Of a stretch of 64,000 bases of DNA, positions 1 through 13,801 are shown one piece after another; the first letter of the stretch is position 1; each line of letters starts with the position of its first letter. Below the pieces are notes generated by a model, which worked only from the letters and a program-made list of their open reading frames with translations, had not been told where the DNA came from and made no database searches. The translations under genes were made by a program, and so were the position numbers. This DNA comes from Syncephalis fuscata S228 (lineage: Eukaryota; Fungi; Zoopagomycota), in NCBI GenBank assembly GCA_025786725.1, contig JAHLTZ010000041.1, forward strand, positions 62,001 through 126,000. Reading direction: 5' to 3'.

Positions 1-967
1 CTGTAATGGTATAGCCAGCCACTCATACACACACACACACACAATATTGATAGTCGTTGTTGTTGTTGTCGTTGTCGTGGTGGGGGGTGCGTGTGGCCGC
101 TTTTGGTCAGTTCCACATGTAACAAAGATTGATGATGGACGACGGCCTTAAGCGGAGTCAACGTTGAGTTTGTAAGTTGATTAAAGCGTGGGTGTGCGTG
201 TATGTGCGTGGGTGTAAGCGCGTGGGTGAGAACAGTCAATAGCAAGAACAAAGCAATAGTATCGGCGCTGATACCACTATTCGCAATAATAGTAATAATA
301 AGGGTCGTGGTGTTTATTGTTGTAATAATACTATTAACGGCAATAGTAACAATCAATTGTAATAGAAATAGTAGTCAATAGAGTAATACAGCGTAGAAGA
401 ACAGCAATAGCTGCTGTTGTAAGTAATAGAATGGTGCGCACATCATACTCCGCGTTTCCATCCCGCCTATTTAGAGAGTAAGGCATGTGGTGGCCTTGTC
501 CCTGATGTGCATGATGGGCTAGCATGACTAGACTGCCATGCTACATCTCTTGGCAGACTCACATGTTTATATACTCCTTACAACGATTATATGACTATAA
601 TGATTAGAACAATGAATAGAACACCGCCTATTACTATAACGGATATTAGTATTGCGCTTATTATTAAACATATTTTATTAAATAGTAACAAATTATTGGG
701 GACTGTATTTTATTAATAAATTGCTCATTTATTCCCAACTTTTGATTATAGAATTATTGGATTCAAATGGATCACTATGACCACATTCATCATGATTATT
801 TATAGATAGTATATAACGTGATAGTATATATTTATTTACTCGTTAGTCTACGCTCTACTATAACAAATAAGACCTATTTATTCAAGCTAATAACAAAGGA
901 CAGTCATCAATCCAAAGGGTGTAGATTAAGATGCTAACCTCGTTTGTTCGTTCGTTTGTTCGTTCGT

Positions 968-1422
968 TTAAGGAGACGCCGTAGCCAATGTACTATTCTC
1001 AAAAAGATCACCAAAAGCTAAATCATAAAGTTATTAATAGAAACTACACAAATAAAAGACTTGCCATCATAGAAATTATTATGAATAACCCGTTCAAAGT
1101 TGCCTGAACTGCCACCGGCGTAGATATCTGTCTTGCCTAGTCCTCCCATATCTACATCACTATCTGCACCACCACTCATACGATGGCGTTGCAGTGAAGA
1201 AGGTGAGGGTGGTCTATTACCACGATGGCTATCGCGCATTAAATGCTGGAAGGATGGACCGACTAGTTCGGTGTCTTCACTTGGATGAAAACGCTCCTGT
1301 TTAGCAATTGCAGCCATCATGTCATCGTCGGAGTCATCTCCCGACAAACGGTCATCATCGTCGTTTCTATTGACTGAAACAGGTGAGGCTTTATGTTCAG
1401 GATAAATATCCATAGAATCCAT
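968..1422 (-). CDS. COP9 signalosome-associated acidic protein (CSNAP/COPS9-like), 2 exons
   Basis: ORF 1422-1065 spliced across a GC-AG intron (1064-1018) gives the C-terminus ...VIHNNFYDAFGDLFENSTLATASP*. This resembles the CSNAP F/D-rich motif (HADFFNDFEDLFDDD). Confidence 0.6.
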
Positions 1423-2313
1423 GATAGATGAGTAGAGTACAAATAGTAAATCAGTTGATTGAATGAATAGAACGTATTAACAAAGGTGTGTGTGAATGAC
1501 GTCAGTTAGTTTTATTATACTTTGACTCTCACATTCTGAGTTTCAAAGCAAAATTCGTTCCAATTGAAGTCATGCTGTTATGCATAACAAACATAGTTAT
1601 AATGTTTATTTAACTACTTTGAGATTCACGAGGCTGATCATTATTGTTGTTGGTCATGCGTAGAAAGTTTGATCGAATATTAATAAAAGCCATTGATTGC
1701 GATTCCATATCATTCCGCAGTTGTTAGTGTTGTTACTACTCACAGTGTGGATTATTGCATCTGAATGGTCTTTTCTATCTTCCAATTTTCTACCGTTGCA
1801 TTTTAGGCATATTTGCAATGTAAGATATTCATCTATGGTGACAAGAAGGCAAAATGACTAGTATTCTTGATGCTCACCATTGTCTTGAGCATTCTTAATA
1901 TCAACTTGTAAGCCTAGATTATTTGCCGACCATTGATAAAGCAAATGGCCTCCACCATATGCAATAGTGATAGGTTGGGTGTCTTTACCAAGGAGATCTT
2001 GTGGCGACAGTTGTAACCAGAATATACGACATGCCGTTGAGGTTACTTGAACAGGTGTTAATGTAAAATAAAAGAAATAAAGACCAGGGATTGAATAATG
2101 TTTTTATTGATGTCCAAATATACATGTTATTTATATTGTTATATTCAACATTATTATATAATATATTACTAAATAGAACAATAAGATAGTAATAAGAAAA
2201 GACAGTGAATTGAGTAAATAAAAATGTAAAAAGTACAGTAGCTCTTATTAATTAATAAATAAATCAAACTTAATAACAATAATTAATCAAGCTTTATTTG
2301 TATGATGTTATAA

Positions 2314-5239
2314 TTACAATAAAAGTATATTACTACTATTATAAATAGTACTGCTGTTATGAATGGTACTACTGTTATTAATAGTGTCATCTGGATTCTC
2401 GGTTCTCTCAGTGACTCGAGATAGTTCATTAAGGTCATTGAGCCATGTGGGTGGACCAGGCATGGATCGAGATCGAGATCGGCCCAATGGTCTGCCCGAT
2501 GACTGTTGTTGCGTTGCTTGAAGTATTTGTTGTCGGTGTAGAGTGGCTGATGGCATATTCATACTGCCTAGTAATGGTGTTGCTGTAGAAGGCGTATCAA
2601 GTGTTGTATTATACACTTGCTGATTTTCAGACAAATAAACTGTTTCCTCTGTAATATCTGATGGCCAAGGTTCAGTGGACGAATGTCCACCTAGAACAGT
2701 TGACATAGGAGGGCCATGTCCATCATATGGTTCAGGCATGGCCATAATTGGTTGACTAGCTACAGTTTGTTGTTGTTGTTGTTGTTGTTGTTGCTGTTCC
2801 TGTTCTTGTTGTTGTATAATAAAGGTTGGAATGTCAGGCATAGACATGCGTGCTTGATAGTTTGGATGAAGTGTAGCCCATGTAGGATCTTCCATAACTC
2901 TTGAACCTTCTACTACTTCATCTTCTGAATCTTCATATATACCATTGACTTCTGTTCTTGCCCGTCTTTGATTACTAATGTCATGAGGAAATAGACCGGT
3001 CGATCCATTAACACGAATTGATAAATAGTTGGGTGTATTGGGTATACCAATAGGTGCACGTCGTTCTGCATTATACCGTCTTCGACGTGATGATGCTTGA
3101 TACTGTCGGTAGTAGGGCGGTAAAGGAGCCCATGGATCCTTCCATGGCGGTGGCCGTGCTCTAGACATGGCTCGTTCCAATGCACTTTCAACATTTAAAA
3201 AGTTATTTGATGTTGATTGCTTATGGTGATCTGTTGTTGATCTACGATGCTTAGCCTGGCGGCCATTTAATAAATCTACCGCCGAACTACGTTGACTACT
3301 ACGTCCAGTAAGAAGCGATTGGAATGAACTGACTGCTGTTACAAGTCGCTTATGTGGTGGTAGATGTGATGGATTAGTAGAATCGGTGTCTGTTTGAGCC
3401 TCCAATTCTGGATCATATGGCTCAGCACGATAACAATAACGTACAAAAAAGAAGAATAAAACAATGACTACCCATCCAACAACAATCAAGGACACAGTAC
3501 CTGCCACATTAATGTTAAGATCAAGTTTCTCATCATTAATGATGGGGACCAGTAATGCAGTCCATAGGATACAGCATAAACTAGCTGTACGCCAGTAATT
3601 AATCTGAACGAGTTTAATTAATTACCATTTGATTAATTGGATTGGTAACTTACCGGTCGTACATAACAAGGCCTCATACGAATATTATAACAAACCAAGG
3701 CCAATAGAATAAGAATAGAGAATATACCGCGTAATCGAGTATCTTTATCGGGTAATAATAAAAAGTCGATTACCAGCAACATATCTAGTACATAGTACAT
3801 AATAGTATATAATAATAAGCTGCTGATTACTAATGATTAATTGGATTGATTACTTACCAAGGTTATCAAAAAAGGCTACCCCACTTGATTTGAAACTAAT
3901 ATCGCCTTTAACCGGTGTGCGGTCATATGAAGTAAGAAATACGGTAAGAAAAAGGTAGGCAATAATATAACATAGAAGCGAGAAAAGTAAATAAAAGTTG
4001 GCATATACACTTGGAGGGGGACAACGCTGTGTTCTAATAAGCGATTCATGGGCATGTTTAGTTAAACAGGCCACTGAATTGATATAAGTAGTCTATTGGT
4101 ATTAATAATAGTGTTGTATTTGTATTAGTCTACAGTTAATAATATTCTAGTTACACTTACCATCACTGGAAGATAAAGGACGCCCTATAGCAATACAATT
4201 ATATAGGTTAATAAATAGTCTTGACAATATAATAATTACTTACGACAATCGGTACCACCGAACTGACCCAGAATATCGGCCACGAAAGTCGAGCATATTT
4301 GTTATGCAGGTGAAATAGAAATGCCACGGCCAGTCCAAGTATTATACCGCCGGTAATGGTCCAAAATTGAACGTAGAAATACACAGAACTTAGTTGTGGT
4401 AGTAGAGCCACAATACGAATGACTGCATCGACAAATTTGGTGGCATTGCTTGGACTAGCAGTCTCATCAGTGCTGAATCGATTACTTTGTAATAAATCAC
4501 GTAATGGAAACGAGATTAATTGAAAGAATTCAAAAGCAATTACCAGAATCTGAATTCTATTATACCAACTGGCCCGATCAAAAGTGCCGAATGATGTTTC
4601 AGAAATGGCACGGAAACGAGCATCATCGGCAAATGCTTCACGTTTACACTTGTAGTATAGATGCTGTCGAGTAATTAGAAATAGATTAACCGACATAACA
4701 AATCCAAATGCCGATACAAGTAGCAAGGACGAGCGTTTAGACAACTGACCAAGCGTCTGTTCATTATTGCTGTTATCGCTATCATCATCGGTATCGGGTA
4801 GAGCGACACCCACGATAAGTGCCACGCCACTGCCAATGAATAGGAGTAAAAGCAGCCAGGATGCCCAGTCATTCCAGCGCCAGTTGCGCGGTTGCCGCCA
4901 TGGAAGACGTAGAAGAACACCGAGCTGTGCTACCATATTTTCCGCTAAATGTTCAACTTCTTTTTGAATATTAAGCTGATTAATAAGCCGCAATTCCGGT
5001 TCCTGTGTCTTATATCGAATAACATAGAACACAATAATGCCTATAACGGCCAATATAAGCACGCCAAAGAATACCAAAATGACAATAAGGTCTTTTTGTT
5101 TGTTATCAGACTGGTCGCTAGTATTGCTTGTTTGAGCAGTAACGCTACAAATTATATTGGATAGCCATAGCCATCCCAGTATTAAATTTGAAAGTCTACG
5201 ACTACTGCTACTCCATCCAAGTAGTCGGACCATTTTCAT
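2314..5239 (-). CDS. Multi-pass membrane protein of unknown function, multi-exon, with a Q-rich disordered C-terminal tail
   Basis: ORFs 4208-5239, 3850-4074 and 2314-3507 are separated by GT-AG introns. There is an N-terminal signal-like segment and many hydrophobic helices. Confidence 0.7.
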
Positions 5240-5652
5240 ACGCAGCTAGATTTGAATTTGAATACTAGCGTATTGTTTGTTTGTTTGTTTAAGCTCAATA
5301 AATAATTCAAACGACGACAATAGCGACATCAACTACAGCCAACCACTAAACCAAGCACAGTAATGCCTATGCTAGCCACCACTCGGTATCAAATACAACG
5401 AAATAAGGCGCAAGTATACAAATAGGACAAAAGAGAATAATGCTGTAGCCAAGAAATGAATAGGCTGTATAGTGATGAGTAAGAGGGAGTGACAACAATG
5501 ACAACAAAGGTGGTATTTTTATAGTTTATTAATGGACTGTTACCAACAGACATCGATTACACAAACAATGACAGAATTACTAGATAGAACCGTCAGTAGG
5601 ATGGGACGATTGAAGTGAATAGTCCACTAAAAGCACAATGAATATACCTCAT

Positions 5653-5796
5653 CTACTCTTCAGTAACACTTGAATCCCGATATTGACTATAGTTGGAGCG
5701 GATAGCTCTTGGCTGGATATGGTGGGGTGCCATCATTACTGGTAACGCAAGAGTCACCAGGACGACCATGGCAATGATGGCGTGCTTGAATTGCAT
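5653..5796 (-). CDS. Putative small secreted peptide (47 aa)
   Basis: MQFKHAIIAMVVLVTLALPVMMAPHHIQPRAIRSNYSQYRDSSVTEE*, with TTCAAC-ATG start context and a signal-peptide-like N-terminus. Confidence 0.4.
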   Translation of the reverse strand: MQFKHAIIAMVVLVTLALPVMMAPHHIQPRAIRSNYSQYRDSSVTEE

Positions 5797-6639
5797 GTTG
5801 AATAGAACCCAAAAGTAATGCTTTGTAAAGTTCCGATGAACGATCGATGAATGGTAGTTTAGCTGAGTAAAATGGATGCTGTTGAGTGCAAAGTTTGTAT
5901 GATAGTAGCGATATAGAGTCAAGAAAGACGACATGTAACACACCATTAAATAGTAAAATCTAGATAGCTAATGTCATTGAGAAACAATGGTTGATTGATG
6001 ATGTAAATATAGCCATTGTTATCCAAATGTTTGCCATCGGTCATTGTTCTATTTAGCCAATGCAAGTTGAATAGGCGCAGTACAAAAGAAATAAGAATTA
6101 GCACAGTTTAAAGAATAGCTACTTCAATAGAATAGAGTGTTATTTTTAAGTGTCATGGTTGGCACGTGTGTTTGTATTTGAAGAACAGTGGGTTGGTATA
6201 TATCATTGTCAATGTATAATTAGAGCTATAAAATGCCAGTTATTATTCTAGGAATAGCTAGAGTCTGGAGTGGACTGATCTATCCACCGTAATATGCACT
6301 AATAATTTACTTAGTAAATAAATAGATAAATAGACATTAATAGTTTATAACAATAGGATATGCGATGGTAATAAAGTCATTTATTAAAAGTACGTAAAAA
6401 GAATAGTTTAGTTATTGTAAATCAATTAAATTGAATCAATCTTGGCACAATGACTATTACTGAACACGTTGTCAAGTCTTTTACTTTTACTTTGTTGTAT
6501 TTACTGTACTTGTTTGTTTGCTTACATACTTGCTAGCTCACCGACCGACCTGTTGACTGAGCGCTACTTTTCCTTCACATCCTTGTAGAGTCGTTGATTG
6601 GATTGGATACAACCTGTAGACCAGTACATTAATGCTGTC

Positions 6640-7706
6640 ATGACGACGCCTTTAACTCATTCGCGACTACCAACCAACACCGCTACAGTGTCCAGAGTCC
6701 ATGGACCACTATCGCCTACTGCTTCCATTCCTTTCTCCAATCCTACATTAACAGCAGGAAGCAGTACTATTGGCAATAGCAATAGCGGTAGCAATATACC
6801 GGGCACAACACCAGCCACCCTTGCTAATCCTACTAGTAGTAGCAATGCCAATAATCCGAGTACGACAGCGAATGTGGCAACTACATCGATTACTCAGCTC
6901 TACACGCCTCCTGAGGCATTTGGTGTAGTTGCACCGGGTATCTATCGTTCAGATACAATGCAAGCTGAGCATTTGCCATTTCTAAGATCGCTGCGTTTAC
7001 GTGCAATTGTTATGCTATCGCCAGAGAAATTGTCGCGTGCGGCTACTCACTTCATTGAAGAGGAGAATATTCGACTAGTAAGTATTAAGGGGCATTGATT
7101 GTAGTTCATACTAGTTATTGATGATTGCCGTATAGGAACATATTGGTCTACGAGCTTGGAAGCCAGATAATGCCTGGCGTCCAGTAAGTGATGAATTGCT
7201 TAAAGAAGGCATGGAATTGTTATTGGATGCGCTTAATCATCCTATTCTTATTATGTGCACGTAAGTATAGCTGTTAAACTGTATGATATCAATATTAATA
7301 TTTATTGTATAGAACGGGTATTCATGAGACGGGTATGTTAGTTGGATGTATGCGACGATTACAACACTGGAGCTTTACGGCTATCATTACTGAGGTATGT
7401 TGACATGTTATTACGCGGCTTATTTACCAACTGTTATAATAGTATCGTGCCTACTGTGGTAGCAAGGCTCGATATATGAATGAGCAGTTTATTGAGCGAT
7501 TTGATTTGGATCTAATTACACTTCCAGAGAATCTACCCACATGGTTTATGCTACAACGACAAATGCTGGTAATTACTAACATATCTGTATGCATTAAATT
7601 AACTAACATGTCAATATATTAATAGTTGGATGATGAAGATACATTTTATGAAGAGGAATTAAAACAAATGGTCCAGACTACAGCCGATCCTAGCGTGTCT
7701 GAATAA
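6640..7706 (+). CDS. Siw14/OCA-family tyrosine-phosphatase-like protein (OCA4-like), 5 exons
   Basis: Motifs [42 protein letters not shown] and EYRAYCGSKARYMNEQFIERFD, joined across GT-AG introns. Confidence 0.8.
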
Positions 7707-7961
7707 AACGATAAATAGTCAATGTAAAATACATAGCTTATACAAAGATGGTGATAAAGAAAGTAACAGTTTTAGTGTTAAATATGATTATATTTATAAA
7801 TACTTTTTGTTTTTACTTATTTATTTATTTATTTACGTGTTTTCATTTCAATACGCGCTATTTTACAACTACAAGACCTGTTTTCTTCTTTCTTTTTCAT
7901 TCTCTTTTAACTATAGTCAGTTGGTGGTAGTATTTATTAAAAGTTGTAAACATTTTAAGCT

Positions 7962-10164
7962 ATGTACACAACCAATGGCACTTCTCCTTCGACGGCCATA
8001 ACAGAATCGGACCTACCTGCTCGAAAGCCATTACCTCCTAATATATACCGCGAAAAAATCAAATTACCTGCTAATATGCGCCAGCCAAGACTAACACAAG
8101 TTGATTTTTTAAAAGACTTTTCGCCTAAGCCTACTACTTCGTCGGCTCAAAATAATGGATCGTCGCCATCGACGGCTTCTTTATTAAAGCAAAATGTATC
8201 ATTAAACTTAGAGGACGCGTTAAAGAATGAAGCTAACGTCAAACGGCAAAAACTAGCAACAAGTCGACATTGGGATACAACAGTGGAAACGGCAACTATG
8301 AAGCTTACAAAAAACGGCAAAAGTATTGCACCAATAAAGCCAAAATCATTGCCAACAAAACGTAATAATTTAACAACGACCCAACAAAAAAATCCGTCAT
8401 CCTCCGCAGAATGGTCTATACCCAACCATAGTCTTTTTTATGAGGATACTAAACCGATGTTTAATGATCCAGACCATGCATTTAAAGATGCTTATGGTCA
8501 ACAACCTCCAAAAGTACCACGTGTTGCACCACTTGCTACAAGTGATTTAGGACCAGATAGTAAGATTGAACTGTCTGAAGAGCAAAAGGAGATTTTGGAT
8601 CGTGTTGAAGGCTATGGAGAAAGCATCTTTTTTACTGGCTCGGCCGGTAAGTCAATTCATATGTCACTATTCATTACTATTAATACTAATCAATTTTTAT
8701 ATTTATATACTGGATAGGTACGGGTAAATCATTGCTACTACGTGAAATTATTCGTCGGTTGAAGAAGAAATACGGCAGTTCAAGTCAAGTTGCTGTAACA
8801 GCACCCACAGGCATTGCTGCATGCAACATCCGCGGCTGCACTATTCATTCATTTGCTGGTGTGGGTCTTGCTCAAGGAACACCGAAAGAATTGGCCACCA
8901 AAATATTAAAACACAAAAAGATTCATCGACGTTGGACTGATGTTAAAGTACTGGTTATCGATGAAATATCTATGGTAGATGGAGATTTCTTTGATAAATT
9001 AGAGGCTGTGGCAAGAGCAGTAAGAGGCTCGCCAAAAGCATTTGGCGGTATTCAAGTAAGTAGAATAGACAATAAGTAAGTAGGATGAGCTAACTATAAT
9101 TAATATTATAGTTGATTATTTGTGGTGATTATTTCCAATTGCCACCCGTCAGTAAAATGAACGAGACATTCAAATTTTGTTTTGAATCAATATCTTGGAA
9201 GAAATGCATTAAGAAAGTGTATCATTTAAAGCATGTTTATCGCCAAAGAGATAATGGTAAGTGGTGTGTATTGTTGTTGTATTACTTAATACTAATAGAA
9301 TAACATATTGCCAGCTTTTGTTAATATGTTAAATGAGTTGCGAGTCGGTAAAATGTCACCATCAACTGAGAAACTGTTTTATCGATTACAGCGTGAGCCA
9401 TCTTACCCTGATGATGGCATCAAGCCGACATTTCTGTAAGTTATACGTTAAAGTGGGTATTTCTTGCAACTTACTGTACTTTTACCAGATTTCCTCGTCG
9501 TGAAGATGTTGATACGGCAAATTCGCAACAGCTAACTAATCTGCAAGGAATCATGTATCGATACACAGCAAATGATAGTGGTAAAGACAAATTCCAAGTA
9601 GAAAAGCTACCACAAAACTGTATTGCTCCTACAGTGTTGGAACTTAAAATGGATTCACAGGTTATGCTGCTAAAAAACCATGAAAACGGCTTAGTCAATG
9701 GCAGTTTGGGCCGAGTCGTTGATTTTAAATACGACACCGATACAAGCATTAACAATACTACAGACAGTTCAGTCTTATGGCCCTATGTGCGTTTCCAAAA
9801 CGGCCGTGAAATGCTTGTTACTCCGCACGCTTGGACCATTGAAGTTCCTAATGAAGGCGAAGTTGCTCGACGGGAACAAGTGCCCTTGCTCTTGTCATGG
9901 GCCATGTCAATTCATAAAAGCCAAGGCCAAACACTTGAACGAGTAGTTGTAGATTTAAGAAGAGTATTTGAAAAAGGTAAATTAAAAGTTAATCAGTTAA
10001 TCAATCACTAATAACTGTAACTATTGTAATAATTTATAGGTCAGGCTTATGTGGCATTAAGTAGAGCTACCAATCTAGCAGGTATTCAGGTTTTAGGCTT
10101 TCATCCCTCAAAGGTTATGGCCCATCCTCGGGTCATTGAATATTACCAAGAACTTAACAACTGA
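7962..10164 (+). CDS. PIF1: PIF1-family 5'-3' DNA helicase
   Basis: Motifs FFTGSAG|TGKS (Walker A), [44 protein letters not shown] and [10 protein letters not shown]. Confidence 0.93.
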
Positions 10165-10533
10165 ATTGTATAACTGGTAGTTGCAAACAATAGTTTAAGC
10201 AGTTTATTATGTTGAGTTGTAGTTGAGGCTTTGTATGTTAAAACGCGCGTGCATAAATCATAATACATATATATATATATATATATAATTAGTATAAAAA
10301 TGTAACAATGTGGCTGTAATGAGCAAGTGCAAAAGGGCTCTAAATATACATATAAAAAATATAAATACCAAGACCGATATGGTACATAATCTATGGAAAT
10401 CTAATAGATATACCATCTATTACATAATAATTTGATAAGATCAATGGTCTGGTTACTTGTGTGCACATTGGGCACAGTTAAGAAATAAAATATTACAATC
10501 TGAGAGTGATACCTATTTCTAATATTTAAGTAA

Positions 10534-12279
10534 TTAAATGGAATTTTCCAATTGGCAATGACGCCGTTGGTTTAGATCGTTAAAAAACGATTCATGCGAG
10601 TCGCCTTTTGATCGGCGTTTGAGGTTAGAGGATGAGCCGGCACGGAATATAGAAAGCATGGATTTAGAGTTGTTTAGATTGCTAGAGGATTTAAGCATGG
10701 CCTTCATTCGTCTGCGAAAGCCACGATGATTTGAAGATTCTGTCATTCTATCGCTGAGCTCATTAGCGCCATTTATGTTAGATGAATTGATCGCTCTTCT
10801 TATTTGATCGCTGTCCAGTACAAGTGATTCGTCTTCGGCTGTCGATTCTAAACTAGAGACAAGCGATGCTGATGTTGAGGAAGATGAACCGCTGAAAATG
10901 CGACGATGACCATCACCAGTTTTTCTCGTTATCTTACGAACATTATTTACGCGATCTGTATCTCGTGTTGCATCTAAACTATGCCTGCCATAATGGCAAG
11001 CAGCATCATATGTACTATCGTCGCTACTGCGCGGACTAGTACTAATTTCTACGCCTACACGTCGGCCACCTTCAACTACATAATCATCGACCGAACGGCG
11101 TCGATTACGAAACCACCCTCCAGTCAGATTGTCTAGTGCTAGCGAACTCATTGAGCTGCGTTTAATCTTTCGGCTGGGCATGGGAGGTGGTCGTCGATGT
11201 TCTATTTCCATTTTTAGATCGGCTACCGTTTTTTCTAAAGAGCGTGTACGATCCAAAGCTGACATTAAGTCATCCTGTAGGCGTGAAATAGCGCGTTCCT
11301 TTTGTAGACACACCGTGCGCAATGCATGAGATGTACACTTGGCCTGTGAGATCTCACGAGTTATAATACGGTTGTGATGTGCCAAATAGGCATTTTGAAT
11401 CCTTAATTGGTGAATTTCTAGCGATACATGTGATGGTAAATTGTGTTGTGGATATCGTCCAGTGGGAAATGTATTATGTTGTTGATGAGCCAGTCCCAAT
11501 TGAGGAGATGACGGCTGACGTTGTGACTGCGTACGCCGTACACTTTGTAAACTTTCAATGGCATTGTAAAGATCCGTGTCGCTAGCACTGCGCAATTCTG
11601 CCAATTTTGTAACCAAAAGATCAGCGGGGTCTTGTAGATTATGGTGCTCTTTGTCATAAAATTGACTGTCGTTAAATGAATATGCACCGCTGTTGCGTTC
11701 GATGGCTGGCATTGAGGCGATAGCCTTTAATGTTCCTGTCTGTCCCAGTTCTTGTCCAATTGTTTGTTGCTGTCTACGCTGCTGCTGCTGCTGATGCTGC
11801 TGTTTACCATACAAAGAGGGATCAGTAGAATTTAAAATGTCCCGTGCCCAATCATCCGCAGTAATACTGCGGCTACGCTGGTGTTGAATGTGATGGCGCT
11901 TAAGCGGTAAAGTTGGAGGATAGCCTTCGTCAGATTCTACGATGCTAGGCACAGACATACTAGATCGGCAAAGCGCCTCAGGACCTGTAATAGGTGTCAT
12001 CATTTGTAAGGGAAGCGTGTACGCGCGCTTTACATCAGTATATTGTACGGATTCGTCGTCTTCTGCTGTATCTTCGTCGCTTCCAAAAAGATATGGATCG
12101 ACGTAGCCGTCGTCAACTTCGTCGGAAGATGGAGTTGAATAATCAAACTCGTCGATTTCTGATTCCGAAGAGCTTTGACGAGTGTGGCAGGTAACGGAGG
12201 AAATGCGCGACTTTTGATGGGAAAGACCAGAGGATACGGTTTGAGTGCTATAATCAATAAGCGAATGGTACATCGACAT
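10534..12279 (-). CDS. Hypothetical Ser-rich protein with a central coiled coil, single exon
   Basis: About 580-codon ORF in GC-richer sequence with a heptad-like segment LEIHQLRIQNAYL...VADLKMEIE. First ATG at 12279. Confidence 0.75.
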   Translation of the reverse strand: MSMYHSLIDYSTQTVSSGLSHQKSRISSVTCHTRQSSSESEIDEFDYSTPSSDEVDDGYVDPYLFGSDEDTAEDDESVQYTDVKRAYTLPLQMMTPITGPEALCRSSMSVPSIVESDEGYPPTLPLKRHHIQHQRSRSITADDWARDILNSTDPSLYGKQQHQQQQQRRQQQTIGQELGQTGTLKAIASMPAIERNSGAYSFNDSQFYDKEHHNLQDPADLLVTKLAELRSASDTDLYNAIESLQSVRRTQSQRQPSSPQLGLAHQQHNTFPTGRYPQHNLPSHVSLEIHQLRIQNAYLAHHNRIITREISQAKCTSHALRTVCLQKERAISRLQDDLMSALDRTRSLEKTVADLKMEIEHRRPPPMPSRKIKRSSMSSLALDNLTGGWFRNRRRSVDDYVVEGGRRVGVEISTSPRSSDDSTYDAACHYGRHSLDATRDTDRVNNVRKITRKTGDGHRRIFSGSSSSTSASLVSSLESTAEDESLVLDSDQIRRAINSSNINGANELSDRMTESSNHRGFRRRMKAMLKSSSNLNNSKSMLSIFRAGSSSNLKRRSKGDSHESFFNDLNQRRHCQLENSI

Positions 12280-13801
12280 AATAACGGCTAGTGATTTCAG
12301 ATGGGAATGCAAGCTTGGCTTGTCCTATATTGGACGATCCTGCCGACGGCAACGATAAAGTTTGTGTATGTTTGCAGCTACTTTAATTCCACGAGCTACT
12401 AGAAATCGTAGTGAAATTAAGCAATTAAAAAACGTTAATATACATTTGTTGCTGTAGTTAGTGTGTAATTATAAACAGTGTACAAAATGCAGTATATTAA
12501 AATACAATAACGATGTAGACATTATATTAATTCATGCATCAATATGCACGATGTGGAAAGCACCAAGTATTTAACATGGTTACGAAAGTTGTTGTTAAGG
12601 AATCTTAGTAGGAAAATAAATACCACCAATCATTTAATACAAGCATGCCATGCCAAAAGCTTTAAGAATTTACGTCACAATATCTGAAAATGTTTCACTT
12701 ACTTTTTAATTACTCGCTCAAGTACTCAGCCTAACTATTAAAATACTGTTTTGTAAAAAAATAAAGCGTGTAGAAGCCAAGATTGTTATAATAACACAAA
12801 ATAAGGTTGGACTTCACTGAGGCTGAAGACACTAAATCTGATAGTATACAAATTCGATGCAAAACCCGTACACCTTTTAAACTGATTGGACAAAATTTGA
12901 AAACGTAACTAACAACAGTAATACCAAAAGCGCGGAACTATCAAAACTGATATGTGAAAGTACTTAATTGAGCGTTTTTTATCAGAGTCTTTGTTGCGGG
13001 GCAACGCAGCTTTGTCGGAATTAAATACATGTGGGTCGGTTAAACAAAATTGATTATTTAATTTAAGGAGCCACACAATGCATGTGTACAGATAAGATAT
13101 TGATTATAATTATCCAGCACTGTAGTTTAGAGGCACATGTGATAATTAGGATACTTGTCGCGCATTGTCGACAACGTGGACTTTGGGTAAAACGTCAGAC
13201 ATTGAAAAGGGGCCGCAAGCTGTATAGCCAATGCACGTCTTAAATGGCTCGGATAGTCTGATGGCATGATCCATGTATCGATTAATCGCATTCATGTCAG
13301 GGGGCCGTTACCACTACGCTGCTTGATAACTTGTAGATATCTAACAATACTGGAAAATAGATAAAACGATAAAAGCTTGGTATTTGGACACTGACTAGGA
13401 AATAATCCCTGGACCACTACTGCTACTGCAGGGGATTGTAAATAAGGAGTAGTTGCTGAGACTCGAGTAAACACAAGGGGCGGGCACGGTTAAGGGGTGT
13501 GGGATTCCCCATGGTATATTTGACTGCTCTAGTTGAACTGACAATTATTGCATTCTAGTGGGGACATTATGCATGTTCGCGAATATGTAATAAAAAATAG
13601 CTTAAAAAATAATCAATAATATACAATTATAACGTTTTTGTTTAATAATAACACTGACTAATAGTATTAGTTCATAAAATATAATACATCAATATGAAAT
13701 ACTTGTAATATAAATCAAAGTGCCCCAAAAAAGTGCCAGCTATTAAGCAGCAATTAAATACACACGATTTATTCAAATGCATTCCGAGTTTAACGACTAG
13801 T

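Noticed and set aside
7962-10164. PIF1 as a Helitron helicase
   Set aside because: No Rep/HUH domain or Helitron termini. It is an intron-containing cellular-type gene among housekeeping neighbours.
12950-13600. GC-richer non-coding patch as a structured RNA
   Set aside because: No recognisable RNA family motif or convincing long stems. Likely promoter or 5' UTR of the 10534-12279 gene.
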